Shown here: piece after piece, positions 37,911-48,913 of the stretch
How the letters are laid out: every line of letters starts with the position of its first letter
How positions within the stretch are numbered: the first letter of the stretch is position 1
Origin: an uncultured cyanobacterium
Lineage (GTDB): Bacteria; Cyanobacteriota; Cyanobacteriia; PCC-9006; JAAUQQ01
DNA: 64,000 nucleotides
Reading direction: 5' to 3'
NCBI GenBank assembly: GCA_963718615.1
Contig: OY970368.1
Coordinates: 3,360,001 to 3,424,000, forward strand
Notes under the pieces: model-generated
Seen by the model: the letters and a program-made list of their open reading frames with translations, nothing else
The model's database searches: none
Told to the model about the DNA's origin: nothing
Translations under genes and position numbers: made by a program

Positions 37911-39578
37911 TTAGAACCCCAGATCAGCCTTAGCGGCGGCGGCGGCTTCGAGCAAGTCCGCTGTGGCCATGGTGTCCCAGTCCATCGCCCCAATATCCCG
38001 ATAAAATTGCGAATCATAGGCTCGGGTTTGCACGACCACGGGCATGGGCACAGCATGACCCAAAAGCAACGCCTGTTGTTTAGAATCCAGTTTTGACAGA
38101 ACCGATCGCAAACTCTGTCCTCCTGAAACCCCGGTAAAAATCGCTTCGATATCCTTATCATCATTGAGCAACGCCGTAATTCTGGTGCCTACCTGGGACA
38201 TCACCTCCGGATCAATCCCCGAAGGGCGTTGGTCTACCACCAGCAGTGTGACAAAATACTTGCGCATTTCGCGAGCGATCGTCCCGAAAATCGTCTGACG
38301 CACCGTGGCTGAATCTAAAAATCGGTGGGCTTCTTCAATGGTAATAACCAGTTGCCGGGGGCGATCGCTCGGGTTCTTCGACTGCAAAAAACGATCGGCT
38401 TTGCGCACATAGGCTTCATGAATCCGGCGAGAAATGAGATTCGTGGCCAGCATATAGGACAACATATTCGACTGGGAACCAAACTCGATGACCACATGCT
38501 TCCCGGCCTCTAAAGCATCTAAAATTTGGCCAATATAGTTGCGCTTGCAGGAGTTTTGAATATATTTGAGATCATCCAATCGGGTGAGCTTGCGCTGCAA
38601 CGCCATAATCGACGCCTTACTGCCCATTTTGACTTCACAAAATTCCTGAATTTCGCCATTGGTCATCGTCAGTAACCGCTGAATCCAGGACTTGCCAAAC
38701 TCATTGCGCAGGATAATCGCATTTTCCAAACTCGCATCGGATAGGTTGAGCTCCTGGCGCACGAGGGCTAAATCCTCCACCGAAATCTGGTCATAGCCGA
38801 TATACAACTCTTGGGCATCGCGGACGCCACGTCGCTGGGTGGATTCCGGATCTAGGGTGTAGATTTGTACCTGATCTGGAAACAGTTGGCGCAGCCCCTT
38901 AACCATGGCAACCCGATGGCGATCGCCCCCTTCACTCGTGGCCTCCCAGCCATACTCCGAGTGCATATCAAAAATCAAATTCACCGCCGCCTGTTTGCGA
39001 ATAATTCCTGAAAGCAAGAGTCGGGTTAGAAACGATTTGCCCGTGCCGGATTTACCAAAAATCCCGTTGCTGCGCTCGACAAAACGGTCAAGATCCAAAC
39101 AAATCGGCACATCCATATCAATCGGACGACCCACGGCAAAATTGCAGCGATGGGGGTCATCTTCCCAGCCAAAGACGGCTCGAAAATCGCGTTCGCTCGC
39201 CTCATAAACCTGACTAAAATGGCTCGGAATTGTTTTCACCGGCAGCAGTTCTAGCTCCTGATCCCCCAGCGCCATGCCATCCTTGGGCGTAAACATCAGC
39301 ATCGGAGCCAGCTCCGCCATCCCGTAGGTTGCAGACCCGGCCAACACCTCCTGCAAAAACAGATTAGCCGGGTCCGGCGGATCCGCTAAAATTCTCGGAC
39401 TGCTGGTGCCTAAACTAACATCCGTGAGCATACAAAAAAAACGCGATCGCCGCCCCTGCACCACCAAAAACTTTCCCACCCGCAACTCTTCCACCGAGAT
39501 ATCCGGGTTGAGGCGAATCTCTAACCCTTTGCTCAGCGAACCTTGTACGACAACGCCAAGGGGGTAATCCAAATACAT
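37911..39578 (-). CDS. HerA-like (DUF87) ATPase with N-terminal HAS barrel
   Basis: 'GKSGTGKS', 'FDMHSEY', 'IEEAHRF', 'REMRKY', 'DQRPS'. Confidence 0.88.
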   Translation of the reverse strand: MYLDYPLGVVVQGSLSKGLEIRLNPDISVEELRVGKFLVVQGRRSRFFCMLTDVSLGTSSPRILADPPDPANLFLQEVLAGSATYGMAELAPMLMFTPKDGMALGDQELELLPVKTIPSHFSQVYEASERDFRAVFGWEDDPHRCNFAVGRPIDMDVPICLDLDRFVERSNGIFGKSGTGKSFLTRLLLSGIIRKQAAVNLIFDMHSEYGWEATSEGGDRHRVAMVKGLRQLFPDQVQIYTLDPESTQRRGVRDAQELYIGYDQISVEDLALVRQELNLSDASLENAIILRNEFGKSWIQRLLTMTNGEIQEFCEVKMGSKASIMALQRKLTRLDDLKYIQNSCKRNYIGQILDALEAGKHVVIEFGSQSNMLSYMLATNLISRRIHEAYVRKADRFLQSKNPSDRPRQLVITIEEAHRFLDSATVRQTIFGTIAREMRKYFVTLLVVDQRPSGIDPEVMSQVGTRITALLNDDKDIEAIFTGVSGGQSLRSVLSKLDSKQQALLLGHAVPMPVVVQTRAYDSQFYRDIGAMDWDTMATADLLEAAAAAKADLGF

Positions 39579-39685
39579 GGCGATCGGAGATAAACAGGAT
39601 AGGGCGCTATTTCTCAAGCGCTGTTTCCGAGTATAGAACAGGAATAGAAAAAATGTTCTATGGGAAATACTTCAGGGTTCAGGAC

Positions 39686-41464
39686 TTACCGCATTGGTTT
39701 AGGGTAGTTCATCCGCAGCTCAGTGATCGGGGGCGTACTATCCGGTAAGGTTTTAGCCTTTTGGTAGGCCAACCGATTGGGGGAAATCTGCCAGCGATCG
39801 ACCAGATACTGGCGAATGGCTCTATAACGCTGGATGGCGATCGCCTCCGGTTCCTGACGTTCCACATTGATTTCACAGATCGTTTGCAGCTGGGGATGGT
39901 CTTGCAATAACGTGCCTAAGCGATCGAGCGCCGTCTTACTCTCCTCGGAAAGCTCCACGCCATCTAGGTCAAACGTTAGCCGTCCGGCGATCGCCGGAAT
40001 TCGCTCAAACCGAACCTGGGCTTCGGGAAATTGCAGTCGTCGCAGCAACTCTTCCGTTAGCAGCAGTCGGGCATCGGGGTCAATCGCGCGGGGACTGAGA
40101 TAAACCAACGCCACGGTCAGCGGTTGTGCTGGACTGGTGATCACGTCATAGCGCAACAGTTGAGCGGGTTCCGGCAAACTCAAACCACTCAACGCCGTTT
40201 CCACAGCATTCAGCAACTGCTGCTGACTTTCAGTCACAGAGGGCAAGGTCTCAACCACGGGTTCCGGCGGAGCCTGAATGGTGCGTTGGATCAGCTCATT
40301 GGAGGTGGTAGGAATTTCAATCAATTGCAGCAGCACCGACTCTGAGGGACGGCGTAGTCGCTCGGCAACCTGCTGGGTAAAGACCGCTTTTTCCTCCGGT
40401 GAATAGTCTCGACTGGTAAACACCGTCATTTGCAAAATCAGTTGCTTCGGTTCAATTTGGGTTGAAAGCTGACTCAAATAGGCCCGAGGCTCACCATTGG
40501 CCGTGTTGGCAAAGCTATTCTGCCAAATGTCAGTGGCTACTCTGCGCACCTGATTGTTTTCCTGGCGGGCCAAAATATCCTTTTGTAACCGTCCGAGGGA
40601 CTGGTACAGCGGCACGAGCAAAATCACGAGGGGCAGCGCGATCGCCAAAAAGCGACTGGGCAAACTTCCCACAATCCGCAGCCGCCCCGACGCGGGAATC
40701 CGTCGCAAAAACGACAGCATCCAGCGGCTTTGGTCATCCCGCAAATGGATTTCCTTGATTTCTTTCTTCACCTCTGGCGTAGCAATATGCAAAATCGAAA
40801 ACACCACCATGGCCATAAACGTAATCGCAGCCAAATTGGTGACAAATAATAAAGCCCCCCCTCGGGCGATCGGCCAGCCTTCCACCGGATTAATGCTGAG
40901 GGCAAAGCCCAGCCCATACCCTGTGACACAGAGGGGCGGCATCAGGGCGACGGCGATCGCCACCCCTGGAATTGAAGTCACTACGCCCTTAGGCTCCTTG
41001 CAAGTGGCCACCGAGCCCAGTGCTCCGGAAAATAGCGCAATGACCAAATCCAACGCATTGGGTTGCGTCCGCGCCAAAATTTCAGCGGTTTGTTCCTTAA
41101 ACGGCATTACCGCAATCAGCAGCATGGCAAACAGCACTGCCACAACACAGCTTGCGGCCAAACTGGCGATCGCCCGCAGGGCCAAGACCACATCCCCCGC
41201 CGCAAAGGCCATACCGTTGGCCAAAATCGGCCCCATCAGCGGTGAAATCAGCATCGCCCCGATAATCACCGCCGGACTGTTGAGCAATAATCCCAGCGTG
41301 GCAATCCCCGCCGCAAACAACACCTGCAGCCAGTAGCTCACATCTGTCAGCGTCACCGATTGGATCAGGTCTGTATAGAGCTCTGCTTTGCGGACGGGGG
41401 TAATGCCGAGATTGTGGGTGAGGCGATCGCGCCAATCCCTCGGCGATTGAGATTTGAGTGTCAT
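39686..41464 (-). CDS. DUF389 membrane protein with C-terminal OmpA-like domain
   Basis: 'IATLGLL.NSPAVIIGAMLISPLMGP', 'PGVAIAVALMPPL'. C-terminal 'FDLDGVELSEESKTALDRL...R..AIRQYL....ISPNRL'. Confidence 0.8.
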   Translation of the reverse strand: MTLKSQSPRDWRDRLTHNLGITPVRKAELYTDLIQSVTLTDVSYWLQVLFAAGIATLGLLLNSPAVIIGAMLISPLMGPILANGMAFAAGDVVLALRAIASLAASCVVAVLFAMLLIAVMPFKEQTAEILARTQPNALDLVIALFSGALGSVATCKEPKGVVTSIPGVAIAVALMPPLCVTGYGLGFALSINPVEGWPIARGGALLFVTNLAAITFMAMVVFSILHIATPEVKKEIKEIHLRDDQSRWMLSFLRRIPASGRLRIVGSLPSRFLAIALPLVILLVPLYQSLGRLQKDILARQENNQVRRVATDIWQNSFANTANGEPRAYLSQLSTQIEPKQLILQMTVFTSRDYSPEEKAVFTQQVAERLRRPSESVLLQLIEIPTTSNELIQRTIQAPPEPVVETLPSVTESQQQLLNAVETALSGLSLPEPAQLLRYDVITSPAQPLTVALVYLSPRAIDPDARLLLTEELLRRLQFPEAQVRFERIPAIAGRLTFDLDGVELSEESKTALDRLGTLLQDHPQLQTICEINVERQEPEAIAIQRYRAIRQYLVDRWQISPNRLAYQKAKTLPDSTPPITELRMNYPKPMR

Positions 41465-41495
41465 TTTTCAGGATCCTTATAGTGTCATGCTCCTG

Positions 41496-41930
41496 CTAAT
41501 GCCACCCTTGATCCGCCTGATCGAGGACGTATTGGGCCACGGTTTTGATGTCCTCCGGGGAGAGGCGATCGCCAAAGGCCGACATAATCCCTTTTCCCTG
41601 GGTGATCAACGGTATCATCGTCTCTAAAGAATCCACCTGATAGCGCTGAAGCGCCTTGAGTTTGAGGGTTTTACCCCGCCGAATAATATTGCCCCCACCG
41701 GGATGACAACCGGAACAGTGCAGATCAAATAGGACTGCGCCGTTATCGTGCGGATTATCGTGCGGATGGGCCAGCTCCGCCGCTTCAACCCCTAAATCCA
41801 GCCCCAGGCTTAGACCTATCCATATCCCAAAGCAGACCCCCAGCCAGCCCGTCAGCCAGAGGCCCAGTCCCATGCCCCGGCTCAACCGCCGACCCCATTT
41901 GCGCCAGACCCGCTCCCTTGTTTGACCCAT
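41496..41930 (-). CDS. petJ: Cytochrome c6-like protein (c6B/c6C, PetJ2 type)
   Basis: Heme motif CSGCH, 'NIIRRGKTLK', axial Met 'GKGIMSAF', signal-like N-terminus. Start uncertain. Confidence 0.85.
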   Translation of the reverse strand: MGQTRERVWRKWGRRLSRGMGLGLWLTGWLGVCFGIWIGLSLGLDLGVEAAELAHPHDNPHDNGAVLFDLHCSGCHPGGGNIIRRGKTLKLKALQRYQVDSLETMIPLITQGKGIMSAFGDRLSPEDIKTVAQYVLDQADQGWH

Positions 41931-42442
41931 GACGGCTCGCTCCCTTGTTGCGCTTAACATCAGTGATACGCTTAATGAGGCCATGACACTCGCCCTATTG
42001 CAACCCCAGGGGTTATTAAGTCGTGGAATTTGCTGACACCGGAAACCTTGACATGGGGCAATTGTATACAATCGCATAGAGTGTAAAATATGACATTTTG
42101 CGGATGCATTTAGTCTCGATTTACCCTCATAAACCCACCGGATAGATGATTCAGTGGGTTTGTCGCCTATTCCTATTAATCTTTGGCCAAATTAATATCC
42201 TTCGCGGTACATTGAAGGGCACTACGCAAAGCTAGAGTTACTTTTGTGGCTCAAGTTTTTCGGTGCGTTGGAACGCATCCCGTTGGGATGATTGAGCGGC
42301 GATTAGCCGGTGTAATCATTTAACTTCGGGGTTTTGGGTCGTTCCAAAACGATGAAGCTAGGGCACACTTCAATCGTGGCCCCGTGTATGACGTTGCTGG
42401 CGTCCTATTCGCTGCTTTGTTCTTTGTGCCAAGAGTCAGGAC

Positions 42443-43900
42443 ATGCTATCCCTTTCTAAAACGATCGCTCCCGATCCCCATAGACTTTTAGATCAGATTA
42501 ATGTTTCTGCTGATTGGGTTGGACTGCGGGTCGTTAAAACCACAGAAACCCGACGGCGCGTTCGAGATGGCAAGCCCCAGGACAATAGTCGGCGGATGGG
42601 CTACGGTGCCATGGTTGAGGTTCTCCATCGAGGACAAATGGGCTACGGTGCCACGAGCTCGCTCTCGCCAGAGGCGATCCAAGCTGCTGCGGTGACCGCC
42701 AAGCTCCAAGCCGAATCAGCCTATCAGTGGTCCTTGGCTCCCTTTACCCCCCAGGTGCGACCTCGGGTAGTTGGACAGTTTGTCTCGGAGGTGGGGCAGG
42801 GATTAAAAGGTCTCAGCCCTCGGGAGATTAACGAACTGCTGATGCGGGTCTGTTACGGCCTCAAGGTCTCGGACAAAATTGTTCAAACCAGCGCCACGGC
42901 GATCGCCACCGAGCGAGAAACCTGGTTTGTGAGCAGCAATGGTTCAGATATCTATCAGCATTTTACCTCCGTGACCACGGATTACGATGCCACCGCCACA
43001 GCAGGATTGATTACCCAGAAACGCAGCGCCAATGGTTGGTTTGCGCGGGCCTATCAAGGGGGGTGGGAGCGGCTGATCAACGACGCACTCTGGGACCAGG
43101 TTCAGCAGGTGGGCGAACAGGCCGTTGAGCTGTTGAGCGCGCCGGAATGTCCCGATGAAACCCTGACGCTGGTGCTGGCTCCGGATCAGATGATGCTGCA
43201 AATTCATGAAAGCATCGGTCATCCCCTAGAGCTCGATCGCATTCTGGGTGACGAACGCAACTACGCCGGGGGCAGCTTTGTCAAACCGGCGGATTTTGGT
43301 CAACTGGCCTATGGTTCGGCGCTGATGAATGTGACGTTTGACCCCACGGTACCGGGAGAATTGGCCAGCTACCGATTTGACGATACCGGAGCCGCAGCGG
43401 AGCGCCAATATCTGATTCGCAATGGCATTTTGCAACGGGGGTTGGGGGGCCTCGAAAGTCAGACCCGCAGCAACTTACCCGGTGTGGCCTGTGCCCGAGC
43501 CTCCTCCTGGAATCGTCCCCCCATCGATCGCATGGCTAATCTCAATATTGAGCCGGGGGAGACCTGCTTAGCGGATCTGATTGGCGGGGTTAAACGCGGT
43601 GTCCTCATGCAATCGAATCGCTCTTGGTCCATTGATGATCAGCGCTATAAATTCCAGTTTGGCTGCGAATATGGCCAACTGATTGAAAATGGCGAAATCA
43701 CCCAAACCGTTCGCAATCCCAACTACCGCTCAACTACGCCTGACTTTTGGCGCAGTCTGGTGCAGGTGGGCAATCGCGACACCTGGGAAGTCTTCGGAAC
43801 CCCTATGTGCGGCAAAGGGGAACCCAACCAAATTATCTGGGTTGGCCACGCGGCCCCCGTCTGCGCCTTTGAGCAGATTGAAGTGTTTGGCGGCGGATAA
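42443..43900 (+). CDS. tldD: TldD metalloprotease subunit
   Basis: 'HESIGHPLE' (HExxxH) and 'CGKG.P.Q'. Confidence 0.9.
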   Translation: MLSLSKTIAPDPHRLLDQINVSADWVGLRVVKTTETRRRVRDGKPQDNSRRMGYGAMVEVLHRGQMGYGATSSLSPEAIQAAAVTAKLQAESAYQWSLAPFTPQVRPRVVGQFVSEVGQGLKGLSPREINELLMRVCYGLKVSDKIVQTSATAIATERETWFVSSNGSDIYQHFTSVTTDYDATATAGLITQKRSANGWFARAYQGGWERLINDALWDQVQQVGEQAVELLSAPECPDETLTLVLAPDQMMLQIHESIGHPLELDRILGDERNYAGGSFVKPADFGQLAYGSALMNVTFDPTVPGELASYRFDDTGAAAERQYLIRNGILQRGLGGLESQTRSNLPGVACARASSWNRPPIDRMANLNIEPGETCLADLIGGVKRGVLMQSNRSWSIDDQRYKFQFGCEYGQLIENGEITQTVRNPNYRSTTPDFWRSLVQVGNRDTWEVFGTPMCGKGEPNQIIWVGHAAPVCAFEQIEVFGGG

Positions 43901-43986
43901 TTCGGCTGAGCCCGGATCCCTTCGGCTCCGGTCCTCTGTCGTGTCTCTCCGTTTTTCGTCTTTTTGCTTCGTCGGTTCGCTTTCGT

Positions 43987-44028
43987 CTTCTGGCTATTCC
44001 CTTCTGGCCATTCCCTTCTGGCCATTTC
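43987..44028 (+). repeat. Imperfect 14-bp tandem repeat x3 (CTTCTGGCYATTYC)
   Basis: Three near-identical copies in the tldD-tldE spacer. Confidence 0.75.
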
Positions 44029-44134
44029 CTTCCTTCACCTAGCACTCTCTGTTGTAAGAACTCCCGTGCTCAATACTGGATCCCCTGACCTGTCTCCTGT
44101 CTCGGCTGCATTGCCCCTTGAACGTTCGTTTCCC

Positions 44135-45481
44135 ATGAATGCGAAAATTTTGGAGCGATGGGAAAAAACCTTCTATCGCCTCAGCGATGCGCTTCAAGAG
44201 GCCTGTGCTGCGGGCGAAGCGTTCACCCTGGCGCTCACTGCCGAAGACAGTCAATTTACTCGGTTTAACCAAGCCCGCGTCCGCCAGACGGGTAATGTCT
44301 GTGGCGGCACCCTCAAGCTTACCTGGATCTGCAATCAACGCACCTGTAGCGAATCCATTCCCTTTAGCGGCGAGTGGGAGCAGGACTGGGACTGGGTTCA
44401 GCAGGCCCTAGCCCGATTGCGGCAGGAAGTGTTGGAACTGCCCGAGGACCCCTATTTGGTGTTGCCCCAGGGTCAGGCCCAGAGTCGGGCGGTCTACCTG
44501 GGGAAGTTGCTGCCCCAGAAACGGGCGATCGCCGAACTCCTCGGTCCGGTGCAAGGCTTGGATTTTGCCGGAATTTATGCCGCAGGGCTTTCGGTTCGAG
44601 CCCAGGCGGATTCGGCAGGGCAACGCCATTGGTTTGCCACCGAGTCCTTTACGCTGGATTATTCGCTGTTTAATGAACAAAATCGGGCGGTGAAAGGGAC
44701 GTTTGCCGATCGCACCTGGGATGGTAAAGCCTACCGGGCCAATGTGACGCGATCGCGAGAACAGCTTGCCCTGCTCAACCGACCGATCAAAGTGGTTTCC
44801 AAGGGGAAATACCGCACCTATCTGGCTCCGGCAGCGGTTTCAGAATTGATTTTGATGCTCTCCTGGAGTGGCCTCAGCGAAGCCGCCATTCGCCAGGGGG
44901 GCAGCCCCATAGAGCACCTGCGAACCGGACGCCGAGCGCTTTCGCCCCTGTTTACGCTGCGGGAGAACTTTAGCCGAGGGCTGGTGCCCCAGTTTAATGG
45001 CGATGGCGACATGGCTCCAGATAACTTGCCGCTGATTGCACAGGGACGACTGGTGAATACGCCGATTAATGGCCGCACGGCTCAGGAATACGGGCTGCAG
45101 TCCAACGGAGCCATTGGCAGCGAGGATTTGCGCGCCGCTGAGGTGGATGCTGGAACCCTGGATCCTAGGGAGATTCTCCAGGCCCTCGACACTGGATTAT
45201 ATTTATCGAATTTGCACTATCTCAATTGGAGCGATCGCCCCGCAGGCCGCATCACCGGTATGACCCGCTACGCCTGTTTCTGGGTCGAAAAGGGCGAAAT
45301 CGTCGCCCCCATTGAAGATCTCCGCTTTGACGACAGCCTGTTTAACTTTTGGGGGGATAACCTGATCGCCCTGACCCGTCAGCAGGAACTGGTGCCTGCG
45401 GTCGATACCTATGACCATCGGGATCTGGGCGGAACTTGGACGCCGGGGATGCTAGTGGAAGACTTTACCTATACACTTTGA
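44135..45481 (+). CDS. tldE: TldE/PmbA-family partner subunit
   Basis: 'FTRFNQARVRQ', 'G.Y..YL.P.AV', 'TGMTR...FWVE.G', no HExxH. Follows tldD. Confidence 0.82.
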   Translation: MNAKILERWEKTFYRLSDALQEACAAGEAFTLALTAEDSQFTRFNQARVRQTGNVCGGTLKLTWICNQRTCSESIPFSGEWEQDWDWVQQALARLRQEVLELPEDPYLVLPQGQAQSRAVYLGKLLPQKRAIAELLGPVQGLDFAGIYAAGLSVRAQADSAGQRHWFATESFTLDYSLFNEQNRAVKGTFADRTWDGKAYRANVTRSREQLALLNRPIKVVSKGKYRTYLAPAAVSELILMLSWSGLSEAAIRQGGSPIEHLRTGRRALSPLFTLRENFSRGLVPQFNGDGDMAPDNLPLIAQGRLVNTPINGRTAQEYGLQSNGAIGSEDLRAAEVDAGTLDPREILQALDTGLYLSNLHYLNWSDRPAGRITGMTRYACFWVEKGEIVAPIEDLRFDDSLFNFWGDNLIALTRQQELVPAVDTYDHRDLGGTWTPGMLVEDFTYTL

Positions 45482-45523
45482 AGATTCCTTTTGTTGAATC
45501 ATCGGGTAATAGGACAAAAAACC

Positions 45524-46633
45524 ATGGCAAAGCAGCGGGTTGGGCTTCTCTTCGGCGGTCGTTCCGGAGAACACGAGGTTTCCATTACATCGGCACGGGC
45601 GATCGCCACCGCCCTCACCGACCCCCGCGAAGGTAGCCCCAGCAATGCCGAAAAATATGAACTTCACCCGTTCTATATTCGCAAAGACGGCGTTTGGCTG
45701 GCCGGGGCAGCGGCCCAAGCGGTTCTGGATTCCGGCCAGCCAGTTGCCTGCGATGATCGCCCCGCTAACCCGGCTCAACTCTGGCAGTTTCCGGCTGCGG
45801 TGGCTGACGTTGACCTCTGGTTTCCGATTTTGCATGGCCCCAATGGGGAAGACGGTACGATTCAGGGATTGTTGCAACTGATGCAGGTTCCCTTTGTCGG
45901 TTCCGGGGTCCTCGGATCCTCGGCAGGTATGGACAAAACGACAATGCGGATGATTTTTGCCCAGGCCGGGTTGCCCCAGGTGAACTATTTGGATGTGGAT
46001 CGCGCCGAAGTCTGGTCCGACCCTTGCCGCTATACCCATCTGATTGAGCAGATCGAAGCAAAACTGGGGTATCCCTGCTTTGTCAAACCGGCAAACTTGG
46101 GATCTTCGGTGGGGATTGCCAAGGCCAAAACCCAAAAAGAGCTGGAAGCCGCCCTCGATAGCGCTGCTAGTTATGATCGCCGTCTCATGGTCGAAGCCGG
46201 ACTCCAGGGGATTCGCGAAGTGGAATGTGCGGTCCTCGGTAATGATTTTCCCAAGGCGTCGGTGATTGGTGAGATTACTTACGATGCCGAGTTTTACGAT
46301 TATGAAACCAAATACACCGATGGTCGTGCCCAACTGATTATTCCAGCGGATTTGCCTCCGGCCCTGGTGCAGAAAATCCAGGAGATGGCGATCGCCGCGT
46401 TCAAAGCCGTCGATGCCGCTGGCCTTAGCCGGGTGGACTTTTTCTATCTAGAATCCACAGGTGAAGTTTTTATCAACGAGATCAACACCCTGCCCGGATT
46501 CACCGCCTTGAGTATGTATCCCCAACTGTGGCAAGCAACTGGGGTATCCTTTCCGGCCTTGGTCGATCGATTGGTGCAGTTGGCGCTTGAACGTCAGGGA
46601 AATACTGCCCCTGGGCCAACAGCCAACGGCTAA
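45524..46633 (+). CDS. ddl: D-alanine--D-alanine ligase
   Basis: '[11 protein letters not shown]', 'LHGPNGEDG', '[13 protein letters not shown]', 'YDYETKY', 'NEINTLPG'. Confidence 0.96.
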   Translation: MAKQRVGLLFGGRSGEHEVSITSARAIATALTDPREGSPSNAEKYELHPFYIRKDGVWLAGAAAQAVLDSGQPVACDDRPANPAQLWQFPAAVADVDLWFPILHGPNGEDGTIQGLLQLMQVPFVGSGVLGSSAGMDKTTMRMIFAQAGLPQVNYLDVDRAEVWSDPCRYTHLIEQIEAKLGYPCFVKPANLGSSVGIAKAKTQKELEAALDSAASYDRRLMVEAGLQGIREVECAVLGNDFPKASVIGEITYDAEFYDYETKYTDGRAQLIIPADLPPALVQKIQEMAIAAFKAVDAAGLSRVDFFYLESTGEVFINEINTLPGFTALSMYPQLWQATGVSFPALVDRLVQLALERQGNTAPGPTANG

Positions 46634-47585
46634 GGGACTGCCAAGCCTGCCCCTGAAGCAGGGCATCGAGATCGAGGGGATCCTGGCAAGCTGCGGAAAA
46701 CTGGGCAAAGCATTCGGCCCAATCCATCAACGTTGCAAGGGGGGAACGGTGGGAAAAACCATAGGCCTGCTGGAGATAATTCACCATGGCAGACGGATGT
46801 CCCGTGCGATAGAGATACCAAGCGGCCCAGGTGAGTGTGCCGTAGCGAATCCGTTTTTCGATGAGTCGGGCTGCGACGGGTAGGTTGGGGTGGTTAAAGG
46901 TTTTGTCTAGGAGTTGGGCCAGACATTGGGCCTGAACTAAGCCATTGCCCATGGCGCTGCTGCCGTGCTGTCGATAGGCGGTGGTGATCTGGGTGAGCCA
47001 GCGACTTTGGCAACCGGCGATCGCCAATCGCAACACCAAATCCACATCTTCCGCCGCTGCAAACCGGGGATCAAATCCTCCAACCTGCAAGAGCTGATCT
47101 CGCCGAAACATCATGGCACTGGGCAGAACAGGCTTAAATTGCAACCAGGTGTTTAGATCTAAAACGGGGTAATCTTCCCAAGGCTTGACCTCCGTGAGAT
47201 GTTGGCCTTGGGCATTCACCCGTTGCCAACCGCTATGAACTAGCCCTGTGTCTGGATAGGTTTGAAAGACCTGAAGCTGGTTCGCTAGCTTGTTGGGTAG
47301 GTAATAATCATCGGCATCTAAAAATGCAATAAACCGTCCCCTGGCGACTTGAATTCCATGATTGCGAGCCGCAGAAACCCCTTGATTTTGCTGACGGATA
47401 TACCGCAGGTTTTGAGCGTAGGGTTGAATCGCCTGAGCTGTTCCATCCGTTGAACCATCGTCAATCACAATGAGTTCAAAGGAGCAGTTTTGTTGGGAGA
47501 GAACGCTGGCGATCGCCGTTTCAATATAGAGTTTACAGTTATGGACTGGAATAATGACACTGATGTCGGGTGCAGATGCAATCAC
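46500..47585 (-). CDS. Glycosyltransferase family 2
   Basis: 'SVIIPVHN', 'DDGSTD', 'ARNHG', 'FLDADD', 'EDVDL'. The 3' end overlaps ddl on the opposite strand. Confidence 0.88.
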   Translation of the reverse strand: MIASAPDISVIIPVHNCKLYIETAIASVLSQQNCSFELIVIDDGSTDGTAQAIQPYAQNLRYIRQQNQGVSAARNHGIQVARGRFIAFLDADDYYLPNKLANQLQVFQTYPDTGLVHSGWQRVNAQGQHLTEVKPWEDYPVLDLNTWLQFKPVLPSAMMFRRDQLLQVGGFDPRFAAAEDVDLVLRLAIAGCQSRWLTQITTAYRQHGSSAMGNGLVQAQCLAQLLDKTFNHPNLPVAARLIEKRIRYGTLTWAAWYLYRTGHPSAMVNYLQQAYGFSHRSPLATLMDWAECFAQFSAACQDPLDLDALLQGQAWQSLSRWLLAQGQYFPDVQAPTAPIDRPRPERIPQLLATVGDTYSRR

Positions 47586-47643
47586 TGCGAGTTTAGAAAT
47601 AGTGAGAATGGAACAACAGGATTAAACAACAGGGTTGAACAGC

Positions 47644-47686
47644 AGACTAGGCTTGCCAAGACAGTTTGCCCTCGCAAGCCTAGTCT
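47644..47686. terminator. Hairpin downstream of the PTPA-CTERM gene
   Basis: AGACTAGGCTTGC...GCAAGCCTAGTCT 13-bp perfect stem. Confidence 0.7.
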
Positions 47687-47751
47687 TTGTCTTTAAAGAC
47701 GTTCAAAAGCAGCCAAAGGTTCCTTGAGAGGAAACCACAGATCCTAGAAAG

Positions 47752-48330
47752 TTAGGCGGCTTGCTCTTGCTTGCGGCGCAGACGACGACGCATGGCACCA
47801 CCCATGGCAATTACACCGGGCAACAGTGCAGGCGTAGGAACTGCCGTTGCGGGTTGAATGCTAGTTTGCCAATTTCCGAATACATCGTCTTCAACAAAGG
47901 AAGATCCACCTGGTAAAGTCGCTTGGGCGAAAATAGGACCATTGAAGTTGAGTGCAGCCGTAATATTGGGGTCAAACATGCCCTGAAAACTTAGATCTAG
48001 GCCAGTTCCATCCAGCGTAAAAATGGCTGACGTAATTGGATTATTGATCAGCTTCAGTGAAAAAGGACTTCCCCCAACACTGCCACTTAAATCTTGCAGA
48101 AGAGCCGAAAGATTAGTGAGGTTCGCAACGCGATTGCCATCAACAATATCACCAGTTACCGTTCCCGAGATTAGGAGTCTTTGACCCAGATCAGGTGCTT
48201 TGAAATCATTATTGTACTCGTAGGAGAAATTGATGACGCTGGCAGCCTCTGCACTACCAACACTCAAAGTCCCATAGGCCACCGTGGCCCCAACAACGAC
48301 GGTAAATACCGCTTTTGCAGCTATTTTCAT
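47752..48330 (-). CDS. Secreted PTPA-CTERM (PEP-CTERM-like) sorting-domain protein
   Basis: Signal peptide ending 'SAEA'. C-terminal 'VPTPALLPG', hydrophobic helix, then 'RRRLRRK'. Confidence 0.85.
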   Translation of the reverse strand: MKIAAKAVFTVVVGATVAYGTLSVGSAEAASVINFSYEYNNDFKAPDLGQRLLISGTVTGDIVDGNRVANLTNLSALLQDLSGSVGGSPFSLKLINNPITSAIFTLDGTGLDLSFQGMFDPNITAALNFNGPIFAQATLPGGSSFVEDDVFGNWQTSIQPATAVPTPALLPGVIAMGGAMRRRLRRKQEQAA

Positions 48331-48913
48331 CGAAAACAATCCTCAGCTAGCTAAAACGCACAGACAAAAATCAGGCCAGCAGATTGAAATAGCAACGCGA
48401 GCATCTGACTTACGAAAGCACCGATCCAGGAAAGTCATTGTTGTGCGCAAGCTTTTCCTATACACCTCAACAACCGTCGCCATCGTAAGTAAACCAATGA
48501 TTCGCGTTCTTCTCAAAACCGCTGACTACAAGAAACCTGACAAAACCTATGTACGGTAGCACACCAAACGAGACCCCTTATGGCTGGCGTCCCATTAAAC
48601 TCTGCACAGCAGCATAACATGGGCCTCAGCTCCAAGACCATGTGACGATTATGGCACTCACGAAAGCTTTAAGAAACAGTAAAATTACGCTCACAGAAGG
48701 GATATTATCGGAGACTCCCCTTGCGATTCCTCTGGCCGTAAAGTATCTTAACTGACAGGCACCTCAGCCACTATCTAATTTTGTGCGCAAGTAAGTATCG
48801 CCGCATTCCCGTTCCTTGGCTGAATCGCTAGGGACTTGAGGTGCGGTTCTCTCTGAGTCATGGGCATTTCTATCGCAAGTTGATTGTGAAACCTAAGGGA
48901 GAACCCAAGTACA

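Noticed and set aside
37911-39578. HerA-based anti-phage system
   Set aside because: No adjacent NurA, SIR2 or nuclease partner. Host-like composition suggests the ordinary cyanobacterial HerA-like ATPase.
42190-42260. c-di-GMP-I (GEMM) riboswitch suggested by ACGCAAAGC
   Set aside because: Lacks the upstream GGCAAA...GNRA stem and the downstream tetraloop-receptor stem.
42443-45481. TldD/E as part of a RiPP cluster
   Set aside because: No precursor peptide, YcaO or other modification enzyme nearby.
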